NCBI GenBank assembly: GCA_041946805.1
Contig: JBHGBC010000199.1
Span: forward strand, 1 to 10,201
Direction: 5' to 3'
Length of the DNA stretch: 10,201 nt
Source: a bacterium
GTDB taxonomy: Bacteria; Hinthialibacterota; Hinthialibacteria; Hinthialibacterales; Hinthialibacteraceae
Below, piece after piece: positions 6,887-10,201 of the stretch. The number at the start of each line of letters is the position of its first letter. The stretch's first letter is position 1. Under the pieces are notes generated by a model. That model was not told where the DNA came from, ran no database searches, and saw only the letters and a program-made list of their open reading frames with translations. The position numbers and the translations under genes were made by a program.

Positions 6887-6943
6887 GTGGTACGGGCTTT
6901 CAATCCGTGAAACGGTTTCTTCTGGCCTGGAAGGCGATACCAC
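6887..6943. repeat. Degenerate inverted REP pair (REPIN-like)
   Basis: Left arm GTGGTACGGGCTTTCAATCCGTG; right arm reverse-complemented GTGGTATCGCCTTCCAGGCCAGA. They match at 14/23 positions by my count, with identical GTGGTA ends and remnant internal palindromes. Confidence 0.45.
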
Positions 6944-7059
6944 TTTGGGTTCTTTGGGAGTTATGCCCCGCATTGAGCCTATCCTATCTATGGGGCCTTT
7001 TCCTGGGGATAAAGGAGATAACATCTACGTTTTAATCCCATGTATTATTCAATGGGCTG

Positions 7060-7302
7060 TTAATCCAATAATTGGTTTAATAATTCTTCACGATTCAACT
7101 CCAAATGTTTCCCTACGTCGGAAAGAATGGCGGAAAACGTTCCCACTCTAAGATAATCGTGTAGAGGGATGGTAATGGAATGCTCTCCCTTTTGATCAGT
7201 AAGAAGTCGGACATGACTACCACTTTGCCGGGTGATCCGATAACCAAACCGGCCTAAAGCTTTGGCTAGCCGCATTCCACTCCAATCCCGTGGGATTCTC
7301 AT
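7060..7302 (-). CDS. hicA: Type II toxin-antitoxin system HicA family toxin (mRNA interferase)
   Basis: 80 aa basic protein with LAKALGRFGYRITRQSGSHVRL (GSH catalytic His), ITIPLH and L.VGT..AIL. ATGA overlap with the upstream acidic partner at 7299-7302. Confidence 0.9.
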   Translation of the reverse strand: MRIPRDWSGMRLAKALGRFGYRITRQSGSHVRLLTDQKGEHSITIPLHDYLRVGTFSAILSDVGKHLELNREELLNQLLD

Positions 7303-7508
7303 AAGGCGATGATCTCTTCCCGGATGAAATGCAGGCGAAGCACGCTGGGTTCCTTACCGGGATCAAAGTGGCATTTTACGGCATCCCGTATTTGGCCGCT
7401 CAACGCATCCAGGGTATCGGCTTCCGTGAAGATGGATTCTCCTAACGCCCGGGCGGTATAACCACCTTCGGGATCTTCTTGGACGATAAAAATAATTTCA
7501 TTCATCAT
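7299..7508 (-). CDS. hicB: HicB-like antitoxin (short, RNase H-like fold only)
   Basis: 69 aa acidic protein EIIFIVQEDPEGGYTARALGESIFTEADTLDAL...IRDAVKCHF, matching the HicB N-terminal pattern. GAGGTG upstream; translationally coupled to hicA. Confidence 0.8.
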   Translation of the reverse strand: MMNEIIFIVQEDPEGGYTARALGESIFTEADTLDALSGQIRDAVKCHFDPGKEPSVLRLHFIREEIIAL

Positions 7509-7579
7509 CGGTGATTCACCTCACCAGCCTTCTCGAGATTCGATAGACTCCGTAGTGGGATTGGAGGAATTCCGCCACC

Positions 7580-7942
7580 CTACCGTTCCTTGGAACTATC
7601 CCCCACGAAGTGATCGGCTTTGTCCTTGAACAACACGTTGAAGGTGGTCAGGGTGCCGTAGATCTTGGTGATGTATTGCTGCAGGTTCACCTTGTCTTCA
7701 TCCGACAGAATCTTGTGAGCGTTGATCGCCTGTTCCATTACCCGGAGGCGGTCGCGGATCATCACGATTTTATGGAAAAACACGTCGATGGGAATCTCTT
7801 TCGGCGTGGCGGTGGAATCGCGGGGCTGCAGGTACAGTTGGCCTCCGATCCACCGCTCGCCTAGGGGAGTGTGGCCCACCGGCAGGTCTTCCTGAATCAA
7901 TTCGCGCAATATCCGTTTCAATTCGTCGCGGGTGATCTCCAT
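7580..7942 (-). CDS. Conserved hypothetical protein (about 120 aa)
   Basis: GGAGG 10 nt before ATG 7942 and host-like codon usage. Sequence W.GG...LQP...KEIPIDVFFHKIVMIRDRLRVMEQ.IN...LQQYITKIYGTLTTFNVLF resembles an uncharacterised family I recall from diverse bacteria (not verified). Confidence 0.75.
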   Translation of the reverse strand: MEITRDELKRILRELIQEDLPVGHTPLGERWIGGQLYLQPRDSTATPKEIPIDVFFHKIVMIRDRLRVMEQAINAHKILSDEDKVNLQQYITKIYGTLTTFNVLFKDKADHFVGDSSKER

Positions 7943-8119
7943 CGCCGCGGTTCCTCCCATGGCCCGTCGTGAGAATCGAAATCCCGGCCTTGTCCACCCG
8001 GGCGGGGATGATAGAGTAAAAAACACAGCCCAGTGGCCGATGGCCGAGTTGAGCCCATTATGGCCGGATCGTTCCCAAGGTCAATCGGCCGCCTCGATCC
8101 AGGAGGTCAGTGCATTCCG

Positions 8120-8743
8120 GTGGAATTCTTTTTTGTGCGGCATGGACAAACCGTGGGCAATGTTTCCGGCATTGCCGGGCTGGATCCGCCCTTGACCGAG
8201 ACCGGCGCCGAGCAGGTGCGCCGGGCCGCGTCCCGGCTGGTCCAGGAAGGCGTCACGCATTTGTACTGCAGCCCCCTGTACCGCGCCCTGCAGACTGTGG
8301 AAATCCTGCGGGAAGTGATGCCGCTCGACCCCGTCATCTCGCCGGTGTTTTGCGAAACGTGGGGGACCGGATGGAACGCCCGGACGGCGGACCAGCTGCG
8401 GGAACGGTTCCCGTGGGCGCAATTGCCTGCGTCCATGGAGGCCGGCCGTTGGTGGCCGCAAGTGGCTGAAACTCCCGAAGAAATCGACCGGCGGGCGCGG
8501 GAGGCCCTCGGCCTGATCGCGGAACGCCACCGGGGAACGGAGGATGGTGTGTGCCTGATCGGCCATATCGAATTCGGACGGGTGATGTTTCACCATCTGA
8601 TGGGATTGAATTCCAACCGTTCCGTGAGTTTCACGTTCCGGAACGCGTCGTTTTCACAAATCCGATGGCTCGATGAGGCCCGCAAATTGATCGTGAGCCT
8701 GAACGATGTCCACCACCTGCCCGTGGAACTGTGGACGATTTGA
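8120..8743 (+). CDS. Histidine phosphatase (phosphoglycerate mutase-like) family protein
   Basis: FFFVRHGQT catalytic motif, DPPLTETG..Q, SPLYRALQT, second His in LIGH, C-terminal NAS and LND..HL. The RHG motif normally lies near the N-terminus, favouring GTG 8120 (AGGAGG at 8101-8106) over the ORF-track start 8033. Confidence 0.88.
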   Translation: MEFFFVRHGQTVGNVSGIAGLDPPLTETGAEQVRRAASRLVQEGVTHLYCSPLYRALQTVEILREVMPLDPVISPVFCETWGTGWNARTADQLRERFPWAQLPASMEAGRWWPQVAETPEEIDRRAREALGLIAERHRGTEDGVCLIGHIEFGRVMFHHLMGLNSNRSVSFTFRNASFSQIRWLDEARKLIVSLNDVHHLPVELWTI

Positions 8744-8837
8744 CGGCCGGATTGATCGTGAGCTTTCCACTCTCCGGCGCGTCCGGCCGGACTCAGCCAG
8801 GGATTAGATTGTTCCCGCGAAGGAGTCGACGGAGCTC

Positions 8838-9902
8838 ATGAGCAAAATCCAGGATATCCAGGTCGGCATCATCGGCGCCGGCATGATCGGCATGGAGCAC
8901 ATCCGCGGGTTCCGGACTATTCCGCGCTGCCGGGTGACGGCCATCGCCGACCTCAACGAACAACAACTCGCCAAGGCCTCGGCCGAGTACGGCATTCCCC
9001 AGGCCTTCACCGATTACAAAGAGTTGCTGGCCCTGGACGCGCTGGACGCGGTGGTGATCTGCGTGCCCTCGTTCGCGCACGAGGAAACCGCCTTATCCGC
9101 GCTGGCCGCGGGAAAGCACGTCCTGTGCGAAAAACCGATGACCACCAGCGCCGCCTCCGCCTACCGCATGGTCAAACGCGCGCGGCGCGCGGGGAAGATT
9201 TTGGCGTCCTGCTCCGGCCGCTACCGTTTCAGCCCCACCGTGCGCAAGGCCCGGGAGTTCATCCAGGCGGGCGAACTCGGCGAGGTCTATCACGTAACCC
9301 TCACCGGCATTGCCCGCCGCAACCGTCCGGGGATCGATTTCCATCCCTCGGCCGCGTGGTGTCTCGACAAGTCCAAGGCCGGGGGCGGAGCCATGCTCGA
9401 TTGGGGGATCTATGACCTGAACATCCTCTTCGGCCTCTTTGACAACCTGGCGGTCGAACGCGTCGACGGCTTCTGCTTCCAAGGCATCGACGAACAAACC
9501 AACCAAGACCGGGTATTCGACGTGGAAGAACACGGCGGGGCCTTTCTCCGCTGCAAGGGAGGCTTGACCGTGTTGTGGGAACGGGCCTGGGCGGCTCACA
9601 TGAACAGCTCCACCCGCATCCGGATTTTCGGGTCGCGCGCCGGGCTGGCTTTCGATCCCCTGGCCTGGACCCAGGAGATCTTTTTCCAGATTTACGAAGA
9701 CCGCAGCGGCAAACCGGTCACCATCGCCCCGGCCACCGATTTTGAACGGTGGAACGTCAATCTCAACATCGTCCAGGACTTCGTCGAGGCCGTTCTCAAA
9801 AACCGCCCGCCCGCCACCCCGGGCGAGGAGGAATACAAGTTCCTGAAAATCATCGAGGCCCTGTACCGCTCCGATTACAAGACCGCCGCGGTCAGCGTGT
9901 GA
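8838..9902 (+). CDS. Gfo/Idh/MocA family oxidoreductase (cytoplasmic)
   Basis: VGIIGAGMIG Rossmann motif, ALAAGKHVLCEKP, AGGGAMLDWGIY, FDVEE. No signal peptide. AAGGAG/GGAG upstream. Confidence 0.92.
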   Translation: MSKIQDIQVGIIGAGMIGMEHIRGFRTIPRCRVTAIADLNEQQLAKASAEYGIPQAFTDYKELLALDALDAVVICVPSFAHEETALSALAAGKHVLCEKPMTTSAASAYRMVKRARRAGKILASCSGRYRFSPTVRKAREFIQAGELGEVYHVTLTGIARRNRPGIDFHPSAAWCLDKSKAGGGAMLDWGIYDLNILFGLFDNLAVERVDGFCFQGIDEQTNQDRVFDVEEHGGAFLRCKGGLTVLWERAWAAHMNSSTRIRIFGSRAGLAFDPLAWTQEIFFQIYEDRSGKPVTIAPATDFERWNVNLNIVQDFVEAVLKNRPPATPGEEEYKFLKIIEALYRSDYKTAAVSV

Positions 9903-9908
9903 GGAATC

Positions 9909-9944
9909 GCCCCGGACGAAAATCCGGGGCCGCTCACGTGCGGC
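9909..9944 (+). terminator. Hairpin(s) downstream of the oxidoreductase, possible terminator/3' stabiliser
   Basis: Perfect 8-bp GCCCCGGA-CGAAAA-TCCGGGGC (9909-9930), 6 nt after the stop, then CCGC-TCACGT-GCGG. No U-tract. Confidence 0.4.
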
Positions 9945-10201
9945 TCTTAGCAGGGACGGAAGTTACTTGAGAACCTCCTCCTAAGTTCTGTTGAGTTTTT
10001 CCATGCTAAAACAATAGGTGACTATTTTTCCGTCTATTTGCATATTATGGATTTCGCCCCTTCAGGGCTTCCCTTACCCTGATAGGGAACGACCTTTGTC
10101 TAGGGGTAACATCTCACCCACCTGAAGTAAAACCGCTCCCCCCACCCCCTTCTCCCTTGAAAAATCCCGCTCCCCCAAAAAATAAATTACCCCAAGCGTT
10201 A

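Noticed and set aside
6800..7151. ORFs 6800..7024 (-) and 6882..7151 (+)
   Set aside because: They overlap neighbouring genes and the REP-like element; no motif support.
10157..10188. TTGAAA...TAAATT promoter
   Set aside because: The 20-nt spacer is too long and the downstream gene is not visible.
1..10201. CRISPR array, tRNA/rRNA, transposase/integrase
   Set aside because: No regularly spaced repeats, no tRNA/rRNA signatures and no recombinase motifs were seen.

Overview
GC-rich bacterial chromosomal window. It holds (i) the 3' end of a group-4-hydrogenase-like membrane complex operon: a HyfF-like antiporter subunit, a NuoC/D-HycE-like large subunit lacking the [NiFe]-ligating cysteines, and a 2x[4Fe-4S]-ferredoxin/NuoB-HycG fusion, best read as an Ehr (energy-converting-hydrogenase-related) complex; (ii) three probably exported enzymes (alpha/beta hydrolase, Tat-signal Gfo/Idh/MocA oxidoreductase, GH16 glucanase); (iii) an AT-richer hicB-hicA toxin-antitoxin pair; (iv) a conserved-looking hypothetical protein, a histidine phosphatase and a cytoplasmic Gfo/Idh/MocA oxidoreductase. 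Intergenic regions carry several degenerate REP-like palindromes. The least explained stretch is about 4200-4570: promoter-like motif, small RBS-led ORF, nested complementarity, and an intrinsic terminator just before the oxidoreductase RBS. I see no clear evidence of a wholly new system; the best candidates are the metal-less Ehr complex (known family, unknown substrate) and this putative structured leader/sRNA. All calls come from motif recognition only; no searches were run.
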